64,000 bases of DNA from an uncultured Clostridia bacterium (GTDB lineage: Bacteria; Bacillota; Clostridia; TANB77; CAG-508). Shown here piece after piece: positions 32,061-43,249 of this stretch; position 1 is the first letter of the stretch; each line of letters opens with the position of its first letter. The notes below the pieces were generated by a model. That model saw only the letters and a program-made list of their open reading frames with translations, was not told the DNA's origin and searched no databases. The stretch covers positions 22,811 through 86,810 of the forward strand of contig CALWZW010000001.1 of assembly GCA_944386135.1 (NCBI GenBank). Reading direction: 5' to 3'. The position numbers and the translations under genes are program-made.

Positions 32061-32566
32061 ATGTGATATTGTAAAAGATTTACTTCCAAATTACATGGAA
32101 AATCAAGTAAGAGATACTACTAAAGAATTTATAGAAAGTCATAATAAAAATTGTGCTGAATGTTCAAGTATTTTTAAAAGTTTTGTACGGTGATAAAGAG
32201 GCTGAAAAGGAAAAAGAGAAAAAGGATAAGTTTGAAGTTGATTTTTTAAAAAAATATAATAGAAAAATGTCTATTTTAAAAGTTATTGCTGTTATTCTTT
32301 TTATTGTTGTTCTTTGTACATGGGCATTGACTATTGCATCTTTGATAAAGATAGAAAGAACTTACACAAAGAGCAAGTATATTTATGAAGTTCTTAATGA
32401 AGCTTATGACAAAATAGAAGAAGTACAAACATGGTCTGTTGGTAATATTACTGATGAAGATTTAAAAGTTGAAGGTTTTACTAATGAAGAAATGGAAGAA
32501 ATGAATAAAAATCTCGAAGAACATTTTTATTCAAGCTTTATTCCTATGTATTTAATATTAAAGTAG
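32047..32566 (+). CDS. zinc-finger (zf-HC2-like) anti-sigma factor with TM; one CGG +1 site
   Basis: HNKNCAECS motif, overlapping start with sigma stop; joins 32153..32566 ORF via CGG at 32188-90; TM segment follows. Confidence 0.5.
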
Positions 32567-32644
32567 TTGGAGCAATTAAGCTCCAACTTTTTTTATTTTA
32601 TTATATTCTTTCTTTATTTCATTTCTTTTACCTTTCATTTTTTA

Positions 32645-33757
32645 CTATTTTGCCTCAATACTATATGGAGTATTTTCTTCTCCGTATCCTGTTATTCCTA
32701 CATTTACTTTAGATAATTCAATTTCTACAATAGGTCGAATTGCATAACTAGCACGACTTTCTCCATTGTATGGGCGATACAAATTGTTAGCATTCATTGT
32801 CCTTCCATTTATATAGAACATACTGAAACCAAACCTATCAACATCACTATAATAATTTGCACAACGTGAAGCAAGCCAATATATGGATGTATTAAACAAG
32901 TCTACATATATCTGATTTTTCATTGTGCTTGTTGACATTTCAAATGTGTAATATGTCTTTTTTCCTTTAAATGATGAATTTCCTGTTGTTGTTCCTGATA
33001 TATAATTGTCTTGGTCACTTAGTCCGTATCGTTCTCCATAAGTTCCATTTGGTGCTCCTGTTGTTTCTAGTTCAAATATATTTGGATAATCTTTATTTGA
33101 TGGCATATATTCTTTATAATAATTTAAATCACTTGTTTTATCATATGTCATATATCTTTCTATATCATCTATATTTAAACTTCTTCCTGTTGCTCCTAAA
33201 TTGTTATTACTATACATTATTTTACATGCATTATTTAATAATAGTACTCCATTATTGTATCCATTTGCTGCACTTAAACAAAATCCATTATTTACTGCTT
33301 TATTTGATATTAATGTTAATTTATTGCTTTCTATAGACAATATCCTCCATTTTACACTTGAATCTGTTGATAATTGTGAATTGTTAGAATATCCAGAATA
33401 ATCCGAATTAGTATGATCATCAAATGTACTAGTTGTTGGTTGATAATCTACATATTGCCCAATCATAGCTTTCTTCTCATCATCTGATAAATCTCCAAAG
33501 TTGATTGGTGGTTTAATACTTTCAATATCATTAATAGCACTTTCTAAAATAGACGCTGTATGATCTAAAATTTCATTTTCTCTCTTTGCTTCTGTTGCAT
33601 AATTGATTGCACCATTTGTTGCTAAGCCTATTATATTACTTTCGAATATTGAATTTAATGTAACTGCTGCTAAAATTACCAACACTATTATTGTTATAAT
33701 TAATGCAATGAGTGTTATTCCATCGTCTTTTTGTTTTACTTTTTCTTTGATTTTCAT
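32645..33757 (-). CDS. secreted protein with prepilin-like N-terminus
   Basis: MKIKEKVKQKDDG-ITLIALIITIIVLVILAAV resembles a class III signal peptide but lacks Glu+5. Confidence 0.4.
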   Translation of the reverse strand: MKIKEKVKQKDDGITLIALIITIIVLVILAAVTLNSIFESNIIGLATNGAINYATEAKRENEILDHTASILESAINDIESIKPPINFGDLSDDEKKAMIGQYVDYQPTTSTFDDHTNSDYSGYSNNSQLSTDSSVKWRILSIESNKLTLISNKAVNNGFCLSAANGYNNGVLLLNNACKIMYSNNNLGATGRSLNIDDIERYMTYDKTSDLNYYKEYMPSNKDYPNIFELETTGAPNGTYGERYGLSDQDNYISGTTTGNSSFKGKKTYYTFEMSTSTMKNQIYVDLFNTSIYWLASRCANYYSDVDRFGFSMFYINGRTMNANNLYRPYNGESRASYAIRPIVEIELSKVNVGITGYGEENTPYSIEAK

Positions 33758-33867
33758 TTGTTTTCCTCCTCCTATTTTTACAAAAAACTTCTAATGAAGT
33801 GTCATTTTTGTTTGTGAAAATATTATCATACTTCTAATGAAGTGTCAATATTAAAAGGAGAATAAAA

Positions 33868-34104
33868 TTGAAAAGTAATAAATATAAAGAAAAAGCTAAT
33901 TTTTTAGGAAATTTAATTTCAGAAAGACGTAAAGCTTATCGTATTTCTCAAAATGTTCTTGCTTCAAAAATGCAATTAATGGGTATAAATATTGGTAAAA
34001 ATGATATTTCAAAAATTGAAGCTGGAAATAGATTAATTAGAGATTATGAATTACTTGCAATTAAAGATATTTTAAATTTAGAATTAAACGATTTACATTT
34101 ATAA
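33868..34104 (+). CDS. XRE-family HTH transcriptional regulator
   Basis: HTH_3-like ISQNVLASKMQLMGINIGKNDISKIEAG. Confidence 0.6.
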   Translation: MKSNKYKEKANFLGNLISERRKAYRISQNVLASKMQLMGINIGKNDISKIEAGNRLIRDYELLAIKDILNLELNDLHL

Positions 34105-34177
34105 TTTTTATGCTCATTTGAAAAATTGCAATAAAAAAAGCCAGAAATCAAGATTTTTCAAGATTACTGACCTTATC

Positions 34178-34253
34178 TGGAGCCAATTACCCGAATCGAA
34201 CGGGTGACCTACGCATTACAAGTGCGTTGCTCTACCAGCTGAGCTAAATTGGC
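34178..34253 (-). tRNA. tRNA-Thr (anticodon TGT)
   Basis: gccaatttagctcagctggtagagcaacgcacttgtaatgcgtaggtcacccgttcgattcgggtaattggctcca cloverleaf. Confidence 0.85.
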
Positions 34254-34255
34254 AA

Positions 34256-34330
34256 TGGTGACCCGTACGGGAATCGAACCCATGTCTCCGCCGTGAAAGG
34301 GCGATGTCTTAACCGCTTGACCAACGGGCC
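34256..34330 (-). tRNA. tRNA-Glu (anticodon TTC)
   Basis: ggcccgttggtcaagcggttaagacatcgccctttcacggcgg...ttcgattcccgtacgggtcacca. Confidence 0.85.
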
Positions 34331-34332
34331 AT

Positions 34333-34408
34333 TGGTGAGCTATCCGCGACTCGAACGCGGGACAACTTGATTAAAAGTCAAGTGCTCTACCACCTGAGCT
34401 AATAGCCC
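34333..34408 (-). tRNA. tRNA-Lys (anticodon TTT)
   Basis: gggctattagctcaggtggtagagcacttgacttttaatcaag...gttcgagtcgcggatagctcacca. Confidence 0.85.
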
Positions 34409-34582
34409 ATAACACCATTTCAATATATATAAATGGTTGCTTTTAAACAACCGCTTATATATATTACTACAATTTGTTCAACTTGTCAACTGTTTTTAAA
34501 AATTTTGTGAATTTTTTCATATTTTTTTGGGATTTTGTCCTAAGTAAATCTCAAATTGTGATTTTTATTCTTTTGAACTATT

Positions 34583-34768
34583 TTATTTATTAAGTTCTTT
34601 TATTATTTCTTCTACGTCTATTCCATGTACTTCACAAGCTTCTTCTATTGTTTCTGCTTGTGATGCTGGACAACCTAAGCAATGCATTCCTGCATTTAAT
34701 AATACTTCTGCTTTTTCTGGTGCTTTTTCTAATAATTCACCTATTGTCATATCTTTCTTTATTTCCAT
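34583..34768 (-). CDS. DUF1858-like small redox protein
   Basis: MTIGELLEKAPEKAEVLLNAGMHCLGCPASQAETIEEA motif. Confidence 0.6.
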   Translation of the reverse strand: MEIKKDMTIGELLEKAPEKAEVLLNAGMHCLGCPASQAETIEEACEVHGIDVEEIIKELNK

Positions 34769-35073
34769 ATATATCCTCCTTTTTTATTCGTTAAACTATA
34801 TATTATTTTACCATATTTTTTAAAAAATGTATAGACAAATATGTTTTTTTGTTGTATGATACCAATTATGAGATGACTTTTTATCATTTTTTAAGGTGGT
34901 GATGTGTTATAAGTCATGTGGTAAATTTTTTTTTTATTTCATTTATTATAAATCTTTTTATAGTTTTTTATTCTATATATCTTATATTAGATAACATCTT
35001 GTTTAGAAACTTACATAAGTCTAACTTAAATATCCAAAAATTTTAAACTTTATATTTCATGGAGGTTTTTATA

Positions 35074-36783
35074 ATGTTTGTAAATACTTTTACAAGAAGA
35101 ATTGTTTTTAATGCTTTTTTTCTTGCAATTCTTAGTTTTATATATTTTTCGTTTTTTTATGATATATATATTTCTGATGAAATTATTATTTCTTTCGCCG
35201 TTCATCCATTTAATATTTGCGAAAGATTTCCAGATGTTTGGTTTTTAATTAAAATTGCTTATATTCCCGTTTCTTTTATTTCTTCTTTAATTTGTATCAA
35301 TATTTTGTATTCATCCTTTTTCACAAGGAAACAAATTATAAAGTCATCTCCTATTTCTAAAACATCTGATTTATATTTAAAGATTTATAATGAAACTGAC
35401 AAAAATCTTTTTATTCCTGAGGCAGGTCTTTATCAAAATTTTTTAATTACTGGAACTATCGGCTCTGGAAAAACAAGTTCTGTTATGTATCCTTTTACAA
35501 GACAGTTAATTGAATATAATTTTGATAATCATTCAAAAAAACTTGGAATGCTTATTTTAGATGTTAAGGGCAATTATTATACTATGGTAAAAAAATATGC
35601 TACCTTTTATAAAAGAGAAAATGATTTAATTATTATTGAGCTTCGGTCGGTAAAATCAAGTACAATCCCCTTGATAAACCTAATTTAAAACCTACAGTTC
35701 TTGCTAATAGATTAAAGACTATTTTGACATTATTTTCAAAAAATAATAGTGAGTCATACTGGCTCGATAAAGCAGAACAAATTTTAACTGAATGTATTAA
35801 GTTTTGTAGGTTGTATAATAAGCGGATATGTTACCTTTTCAGAACTTCATAAATTAATTACTGTAAGAGATTATTACTTGAGTAAAATTTCTCTTCTTAG
35901 AAATAAATTTTTAGAGGGAAAACTCTCTTCTTTAAATATTCATGACTTACTCTCTTCTATAGAATTTTTTGAAAAGGAATTCAATTCGTTAGATTCAAGA
36001 ACTTCTGCGATTTTAAAATCTGAAATTACAAGAATTACTGGTGCTTTTATCTCTGATTATGATGTTTTAAATACTTTTTCTCCTTCTAAAGAAGAGTTAA
36101 ACTTTTTTGGTTTTGAAGATGTTGTAAATAATGGAAAAATTGTTGTTTTGAATATGAATATTTCTGAATATAATAATCTTTCAAAGATTATTGCTGCATA
36201 CTTGAAATTAGACTTTCAAACTGAGGTTATGTCAAGACTCGCTAAAGACGAGCCTGTTTCAAGAAGTGTTTGCTTTATTAGTGATGAATATCATGAATAT
36301 ATTACTGATACTGATGCAAATTTTTTTGCTCAGTCTCGAGAGGCTAAATGCATCAATATTGTTGCAACTCAGAGCTATACTTCTTTGCTTAATGCTATAA
36401 ATAATCAATATACTGTGAAGGTTATAATTCAAAATTTAATTAATAAATTTTGGTTTAGAACTGATGATACTTTTACTATTGAAGATGCTCAAAAGCAGCT
36501 TGGTAAAGAAGAAAAAACTAAATATTCTCAAAGTATATCTGAAAGTTCAAAAAATCAAAAAAATTCTTATTTATCTAATATTTTAAGTTATGAAAAGCCT
36601 AATTTTTCTGAAAGTTTAAATACTTATACTCAATTTGATTTTATTTTTGATACCAATTTTTTTACTCAAAGTTTAAATACTTTTTATTGCTTATCTTTTT
36701 TATCTACTGGAAATAAAATTATTCCACCTAAAAAGTTAAAATTAATTCCTTATTTTATTATTGATAAAGACATGTTGTCTTAA
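35074..36783 (+). CDS. type IV coupling protein-like ATPase (TraG/VirD4 family); three CGG +1 sites
   Basis: N-terminal TMs, Walker A ITGTIGSGKTSS, C-terminal FISDEYHEY...AQSREAKCINIVATQSYTSL. Fragments join at CGG 35644-46, 35648-50 and 35823-25. Confidence 0.7.
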
Positions 36784-36810
36784 ATTTTATTTTGAGCATA
36801 TTTTGCTCGG

Positions 36811-37155
36811 TTGGAGGTTTTTATGAATAAAAAATTATTTTTCTATATTTTTAATATATTAACTATTTCTATTATTATTATTTTTTCTTTCTCTTTAGAT
36901 GCTTTTGCTGCTTATCCAAAACTTATTACTACTATTTTAGATGCTTTTGATAGTATAAAAGGTTATCTTATGGCTATGGCTACTCCTGTTGCTGCTGTTG
37001 CTATTGCTTCTGGTTTTTTAATGCAGAAGTTTAGTTTTGGAGATGAAGAAAGAATTAGAAGTGGAAAAAAATTAATTAGAACTTCTATTGTTTCTTATGC
37101 TTTCATTTTAACTCTTGATTTAGTTATTAGCTTAATTCAAAATTTAGTTGGTTAA
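36811..37155 (+). CDS. TrbC/VirB2-like pilin-type small membrane protein
   Basis: Signal peptide ending AFA, two hydrophobic segments. Confidence 0.4.
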   Translation: MEVFMNKKLFFYIFNILTISIIIIFSFSLDAFAAYPKLITTILDAFDSIKGYLMAMATPVAAVAIASGFLMQKFSFGDEERIRSGKKLIRTSIVSYAFILTLDLVISLIQNLVG

Positions 37156-38051
37156 ACTTAAGGGAGGTTTTCTTTTGGATTCTACATCTAATAATATAAT
37201 GTTTAATATTTCAGAGATTTTTCGTCAGATATTTTCTTCTATTGATAACTCTATTTATTCAGCATTAGATAGCATTTCTTTTATCGATGAAACTATTCTA
37301 AATTCTCAATATTTTGAAAAATTACTTGGCACAAGCTCTATGTCTGGCATTCTTTTAATTACTAATAGTTTATTAATTGGCTTTATTTTATACTATACTG
37401 TTAAACATTTATTGTCTAATTTTTCAATTGGTCAGTCTCAAAATCCTTATCAATTTTTTATAAAACTTATTTTCGTACGGTATTTGTATGAATAGTAGCT
37501 TCTTTATTTGCAGGCAAATTATATCTTTAAATAGTCTTATCTCTGCTTCTATTAGAGAGCTTGGAAGTAATATTTTAAATACTGATATTTGCTTTTCTAA
37601 TCTTATCAATATTTTAAATTCGATTGTTGTTATTGAGGAAGAAAGTCAAACTTTATTTTCTATTGATGGAATTATTAAAACAATTGTGTCCTTAGGTTTT
37701 CTTAACTTGATATTTATCTTTTCTATAAGATATATTTTAATTAAAGTTTTTGTACTTATTTCTCCTTTTGCTATACTTTGTACTTCTGTCCCATCTACTT
37801 TAAATTTTTTCAAATCTTGGCTTAAAAGTTTTTTATCTTTACTATTTATTGAAAATTTTTCTTCTTTAATTTTAATTGTTATGTTTTCAATTAATTATAG
37901 TCCTTCGGATGTTGTTTCAAAGCTTCTATTTGTCGGCTCTGTATTTGCTCTAATGAAAGTTAATAATTATACTCGAGATATTATTGGTGGTATTAGTATA
38001 GATGTGCAAAATTATATGTATTCTCTAAGAGGTATGGCAAAATCAAAATAA
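37148..38051 (+). CDS. VirB6/TrbL-like membrane protein; one CGG +1 site
   Basis: Polytopic; 37148..37495 and 37488..38051 join at CGG 37478-80. Confidence 0.45.
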
Positions 38052-38075
38052 TTTTTTATTAATATTCAAGGAGGT

Positions 38076-38360
38076 GTGTTTTTGAAGTTTATTATTCCTC
38101 AAAATTACGATTTTTCATCAAAACTTTTTGGCTTTATTGATTATTCAACTGCTTTTGTTAATGTAGTTTGGTATATTTTTGTTTTCTGTTTAGTTAATTT
38201 TATAGTCTCTACACTATTTTTTAAAATTTTTTTGTTTATTATTCTTTGTTTTCCTTTTTTCTTATTTAGTGTAATTGGCTTTAATCACGAGAATATTTTA
38301 TATGTCCTAATTTACGTTTTAAAATATGCTTTTAGTCAAAAAATATATTTATATAAATAA
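38076..38360 (+). CDS. small membrane protein
   Basis: 94 aa, hydrophobic. Confidence 0.3.
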   Translation: MFLKFIIPQNYDFSSKLFGFIDYSTAFVNVVWYIFVFCLVNFIVSTLFFKIFLFIILCFPFFLFSVIGFNHENILYVLIYVLKYAFSQKIYLYK

Positions 38361-38491
38361 TTTACATTTTATTGTTTTTTTCTACACAAAATGATATAAT
38401 TATCCGAGTGTTACGAAATCTAAAATATGTTTTTAGATTTTGTATTTATGTTTGTTGAGATAAATATTATTTTGAATGGGGGAATTTTCTT

Positions 38492-39460
38492 ATGAAATTA
38501 GAGCAAAATGAAGAAACATCATTATTTTCTACAACAAAAATACCAGATATATTTTTCTCAGAATATTTATCTCAGTCATCTGGAGACTATATTAAAGTTT
38601 ATTTATATATTTTATTTCTTTCGAAATATAATAAGGATATAAAATTAAATGATTTATCAAAAAAACTTGCGCTTCCTTTCCAAACTATACAAGATTCTCT
38701 AAAGTATTGGGAGGATTTAGGTGTTATAACTAAAAAAGGTACAGGCTTTATAATTAATAATCTTCAAGAAATAGAGCTTCATAAACTTTATAATCCAAAA
38801 ATTTCTCTTTCTGTAGAAGACATAGAAAGAAATGAAAAGAGTAAATATAGAGCAAGTTCAATAGAAACAATTAATAGATCTTTTTTCCAAGGTCTTATGT
38901 CTCCTGCTTGGTATGCTGATATAAACATTTGGTTTGATAAATATGGTTTTGATGAGCAAGTTATGATAGCTTTATTCAACTATTGCTTAAAGCGTTCTGC
39001 CTTACATAAAAATTATGTACAGGTTGTTGCAGATGCTTGGTCAAAACATAATGTAAAAACTTTTAATGATTTAGAATTATATTTTGAAAAACAAGATACA
39101 TTACAAAAAATAGAAAAATCTATTCAGAAAAAACTTGGAATTACTAGACCTCTTACAGAATATGAAAAAGCTTATATTGAAAAATGGTCTGTTGATTATG
39201 GTTACTCTTTTGATGTTATAGAAATTGCTTTAAAGAGAACTACATCAAAAGCAAGTTTTTCTTTTGATTATTTTGATAAAATAATTTCTGACTGGCATGA
39301 TAGAAATTTAAAAACAGCTGATGATGTTCAAAATTTCTTAGTCCAATATAAAAATCAAATGAAAAATAAAAAAGAGTTAGAGAAAAAAGTAAAATATAAT
39401 AACTTTGAACAGCGTTCTTATGATAATTTTGATAGCTTATATGCTAATAGTCAAGGTTAA
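38492..39460 (+). CDS. DnaD-domain replication initiation/membrane attachment protein
   Basis: Two DnaD-like C-terminal repeats (YIEKWSVDYGYSFDVIEIALKRT; FDYFDKIISDWHDRNLKT). Confidence 0.6.
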   Translation: MKLEQNEETSLFSTTKIPDIFFSEYLSQSSGDYIKVYLYILFLSKYNKDIKLNDLSKKLALPFQTIQDSLKYWEDLGVITKKGTGFIINNLQEIELHKLYNPKISLSVEDIERNEKSKYRASSIETINRSFFQGLMSPAWYADINIWFDKYGFDEQVMIALFNYCLKRSALHKNYVQVVADAWSKHNVKTFNDLELYFEKQDTLQKIEKSIQKKLGITRPLTEYEKAYIEKWSVDYGYSFDVIEIALKRTTSKASFSFDYFDKIISDWHDRNLKTADDVQNFLVQYKNQMKNKKELEKKVKYNNFEQRSYDNFDSLYANSQG

Positions 39461-39475
39461 TTTAAGGAGGTTATT

Positions 39476-40483
39476 TTGAATACTTCTACTTTAAATACTT
39501 TATTAAAAGAATACGAGAAAAAAAAATTTAATGCTGAATTAAAGTTCGAAAATGCAAAAAGTTCCTTCTATAAGTTACATCCTTATTTATCTGAAATAAA
39601 TGATAAATTAAACTCTACAGCCTTAGATATTTCAAAAGCTATTTTAAATGGTGATTTTGATTTAGAAAATAAGTTAAAACAAGATTTTGAAATTCTAAAG
39701 TCGAAGAAGGATAATTTGCTAAAAAATATAAATATTCCCATCGAAGCAAAAGAGCCTATATATGAATGCCCTATATGTAAAGATACTGGATATATTACTT
39801 TGGATAATAATAAAACTGTTTTATGCAATTGTATTAAACAAAAAATATTTGATATTGATTTTAATAAATCTAATATAGGCAATCTTGATAAAGAAAATTT
39901 TGATAATTTTAATTTGGATTTGTATTCAGATACTGTTGATGTAAAGAAATACAATGCCAAAATTTCTCCTAGACAAAATATAATTAATATTAAAGAAATT
40001 GCTACAAATTTTATTGATAATTTTGATGACCCAGACGAAAAAAATTTATTGTTTTTAGGTAACACTGGACTTGGAAAGACTTTTCTTTCTAATTGCATTG
40101 CTAAAGAAGTTTTGGATAATAAGAAAACTGTTCTTTATCAGACTTCTCCAATTATGCTTGACAATATTATTGATTATAGATTTGGTAAGTCTGATTTGAA
40201 AGAAGTTTATGATAATATTATCAATGTTGATTTACTTGTTATCGATGACCTTGGTGCTGAGTCTTTGAATTCTTTTAAAATTACTGAGCTTTTTAATATT
40301 ATCAATGCAAGATTATTATCTACTAATAATAATGTAAGAAAAACTATTATTTCTACAAATTTGAATATGAATAATTTGTTTGAAACTTATGGTGAAAGAA
40401 TTTTTTCAAGACTTGCTTCTTATTATAGTATTTGTAGATTTTTCGGAGATGATATTAGGCTTTTAAATTTAAGAAAAAAATGA
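39476..40483 (+). CDS. DnaC/DnaI-family AAA+ helicase loader (TTG start)
   Basis: Zn-finger CPICKDTGYI...CNC; Walker A LGNTGLGKTFLS; Walker B LLVIDDLGAE. Confidence 0.75.
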   Translation: MNTSTLNTLLKEYEKKKFNAELKFENAKSSFYKLHPYLSEINDKLNSTALDISKAILNGDFDLENKLKQDFEILKSKKDNLLKNINIPIEAKEPIYECPICKDTGYITLDNNKTVLCNCIKQKIFDIDFNKSNIGNLDKENFDNFNLDLYSDTVDVKKYNAKISPRQNIINIKEIATNFIDNFDDPDEKNLLFLGNTGLGKTFLSNCIAKEVLDNKKTVLYQTSPIMLDNIIDYRFGKSDLKEVYDNIINVDLLVIDDLGAESLNSFKITELFNIINARLLSTNNNVRKTIISTNLNMNNLFETYGERIFSRLASYYSICRFFGDDIRLLNLRKK

Positions 40484-40489
40484 TATAAA

Positions 40490-40530
40490 AAGTACATGTA
40501 TTATATTCTAATATATGTACTTTTTTTGTA
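40490..40530 (+). terminator. rho-independent terminator
   Basis: aaaagtacatgt...acatgtactttttttg. Confidence 0.5.
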
Positions 40531-40611
40531 ATTTTCTTTTTTCATTTGCACCTTTTTACATAATGTCTAATATATTAAACTAAGACATATTGATTGGAGG
40601 GCAATATTATA

Positions 40612-41380
40612 TGAAAGAAATTTTAAAAGTTAAAAATATAACAAAAACTTATCAGTCTAAAAATGGAGAAATAAATGCTCTTCGGTGGAATTAGCTTTAC
40701 TGCAAATGAAGGAGAATTTATTAGTATAATTGGTCCAAGTGGTTGTGGTAAGTCTACTCTTCTTTCTATTATTTCTGGTCTTGAGGAAAAAACTTCTGGT
40801 GAAATTTACATTAATCGGTATTTTGTCTTCTGGAATTTCTTCGAATATTGGTTATATGTTACAAAAAGATAATTTACTCGAGTGGAGAAATATATATAAT
40901 AATGTAATGTTTGGATTAGAAATAAGAAATATTAGAACAAAGCAGAACGAACTTTATGCAGAAGAATTATTAAAAAAATATGGTCTTTATGAATTTAAAG
41001 ATAAATATCCTTCTCAATTGTCTGGTGGAATGAGGCAAAGAGCTTCTCTTATTAGAACTCTTGCAGTAAGACCTAAGCTTTTGTTACTTGATGAAGCTTT
41101 CTCTGCTTTAGATTCTCAAACAAGAATGATAGTAACTAATGACATTTACCAAATTTTAAGAGCTGAGCATATTACTTCAATTATTGTAACACATGATATT
41201 TCAGAAAGTATCAGTATGTCAGATAGAGTTATTGTATTAACTAACAGACCTGCTAAAATAAAAAAAATTCATACAATTAATTTTGAAATGCAAAATCGTA
41301 CGCCAATAAACTGCAGAAAAAGCCCTAAGTTTAGTGAGTACTTTGATAGCTTATGGAAGGAGCTTGATGTACATGGGTGA
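40612..41380 (+). CDS. ABC transporter ATP-binding protein (nitrate/sulfonate/taurine type); two CGG +1 sites
   Basis: Walker [10 protein letters not shown], signature LSGGMRQR, Walker [12 protein letters not shown]. Fragments join at CGG 40683-85 and 40816-18. Confidence 0.75.
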
Positions 41381-42186
41381 TAAATTCATATCATTAGATA
41401 GGAAAAAATACTTAAGAAAAATTAGAATAAATAAAATTGCTATTTTTATGACACAAATTGGTATCCTTATTGGTTTTATAGTACTTTGGGAGGTTTTAGC
41501 TAATTTAAAAATTATTGATAGTTTCATTACTAGCCAACCTAGCAGAATATTAAACACTTTTATGAATTTGTCTTCTAACGATTTATTACATCATTTAGGT
41601 GTTACTTTTTATGAAACTATAATTGGTTTTTTAGCTGGTACTTTTCTTGGCATTTGTGTTGCTATTATTTTATGGCTTTCAAAGTTTTTATCTAAAGTTG
41701 CGGAGCCATTTTTAGTGGTATTAAATAGCTTGCCAAAAGTTGCTTTAGGTCCTGTTATCATAATATGGGTTGGTGCTGGAACTCAGTCTATTATTGTTAT
41801 GGCTCTTGCAATCTCTCTAGTTGTAACTATTTTAGAGATTTTAAATGGTTTTGTCCATACTGATAAAGATAAAATAAAAATGGCTAGAACTTTTAAAGCA
41901 ACTAAACTTCAAATTCTTAGAAAAATTGTTATTCCAGCTAATATCCCAACTTTTATTAATTCTTTAAAAATAAATATTGGTTTATCTTTAGTTGGTGTAA
42001 TTTCTGGAGAATTTTTAGTTTCGAAGGCTGGTCTTCGGATATCTAATTGTATATGGTGGTCAGGTTTTCCAATTAGACCTTGTTATGACAAGTGTTATTT
42101 TACTTGGAATAATGGCTGCTCTTATGTATGAAAGTGTCATATTGTTAGAAAAAGTTGTTTTAAAAACACACAAAAAAGAAATTTAG
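41367..42186 (+). CDS. ABC transporter permease (SsuC/TauC-like); one CGG +1 site
   Basis: 6 TM segments; C-terminus restored (..GLGYLIVYGGQVFQLDLVMTSVILLGIMAALMYE..) by shift at CGG 42036-38. Confidence 0.7.
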
Positions 42187-42196
42187 GAGGATTAAA

Positions 42197-43213
42197 TTGA
42201 AAAAGGTAATTATTTCTCTTGTTATTATTTTAGTTATTGTTTTAGCTATTGTTGGCATTTTTTATGCAAGAAATAAAAATTCGGATGAAACTAATCTTCA
42301 AACTGTTAAATTAAGTGAAGTAACTCGTTCTATATTTTATGCACCTCAATATGTTGCATTAAGCCAAGGCTTTTTTGAAGAGGAAGGTTTAAAAATAGAA
42401 CTTTCAACTGCTCAAGGTGCTGATGATGTTATGACATCTGTTCTTGCAAACCAAAGTGATATTGGTTTTGCTGGTCCTGAAGCTTCTGTTTATGTTTATA
42501 ATGAAGGAAAAGAAGATTATACAGAAGTTTTTGCACAGCTTACTAAAAGGGATGGTTCATTTCTTGTGAGCAGAAATGAAAATTCTGATTTTGAGTGGAC
42601 TGATGTAAAAGGTTCTACTATTATTCCTGGAAGAAAAGGCGGAGTTCCTTATATGACTCTTAGATATGTATTAAATAAATATGGTATTAATCCTGATGCA
42701 GATGTAGTATTAGATGATAGTATAAGTTTTGATTTAATGGCAGGTGCTTTTAGTGCTGGCAATGCTGATTATGTCTCTCTATTTGAACCAACTGCATCCG
42801 CAACTGAAAATGCAGGAAAAGGATATATTGTTGCATCTATTGGAGAAGAGACTGATGAACTTCCTTATACTGCCTATTTTGCGAAGAAAAGTTATATAGA
42901 AAGTAACTCCGATATTGTTCAAAAATTTACAAATGCAATTTATAAAGGTCAAAAATGGGTTCAGTCTCATTCAACAGAGGAAGTTGCAGATGCAATAATT
43001 GATTATTTTCCAGATACTGATAGAGATTTACTTATAACTGTTTTAAATAGATATAAAGAAATTGACGTGTGGAGTGAAACTCCTTATCTCTCTGAAGAAG
43101 GTTTTGACTTATTACAGACAATAATCCAAGATGCTGGAGAGTTAAAAGAAAAAGCTCCTTATGATAAAATTATAAATAATAATTTTGCAACAAATGCTAT
43201 TGAAAATAACTAA
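42197..43213 (+). CDS. ABC transporter substrate-binding lipoprotein (NMT1/SsuA-like)
   Basis: Signal/TM anchor, periplasmic-binding fold hallmarks, operon context. Confidence 0.65.
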   Translation: MKKVIISLVIILVIVLAIVGIFYARNKNSDETNLQTVKLSEVTRSIFYAPQYVALSQGFFEEEGLKIELSTAQGADDVMTSVLANQSDIGFAGPEASVYVYNEGKEDYTEVFAQLTKRDGSFLVSRNENSDFEWTDVKGSTIIPGRKGGVPYMTLRYVLNKYGINPDADVVLDDSISFDLMAGAFSAGNADYVSLFEPTASATENAGKGYIVASIGEETDELPYTAYFAKKSYIESNSDIVQKFTNAIYKGQKWVQSHSTEEVADAIIDYFPDTDRDLLITVLNRYKEIDVWSETPYLSEEGFDLLQTIIQDAGELKEKAPYDKIINNNFATNAIENN

Positions 43214-43249
43214 TATTAAAAGGTTACCATTTTAAGGTAACCTTTATTT

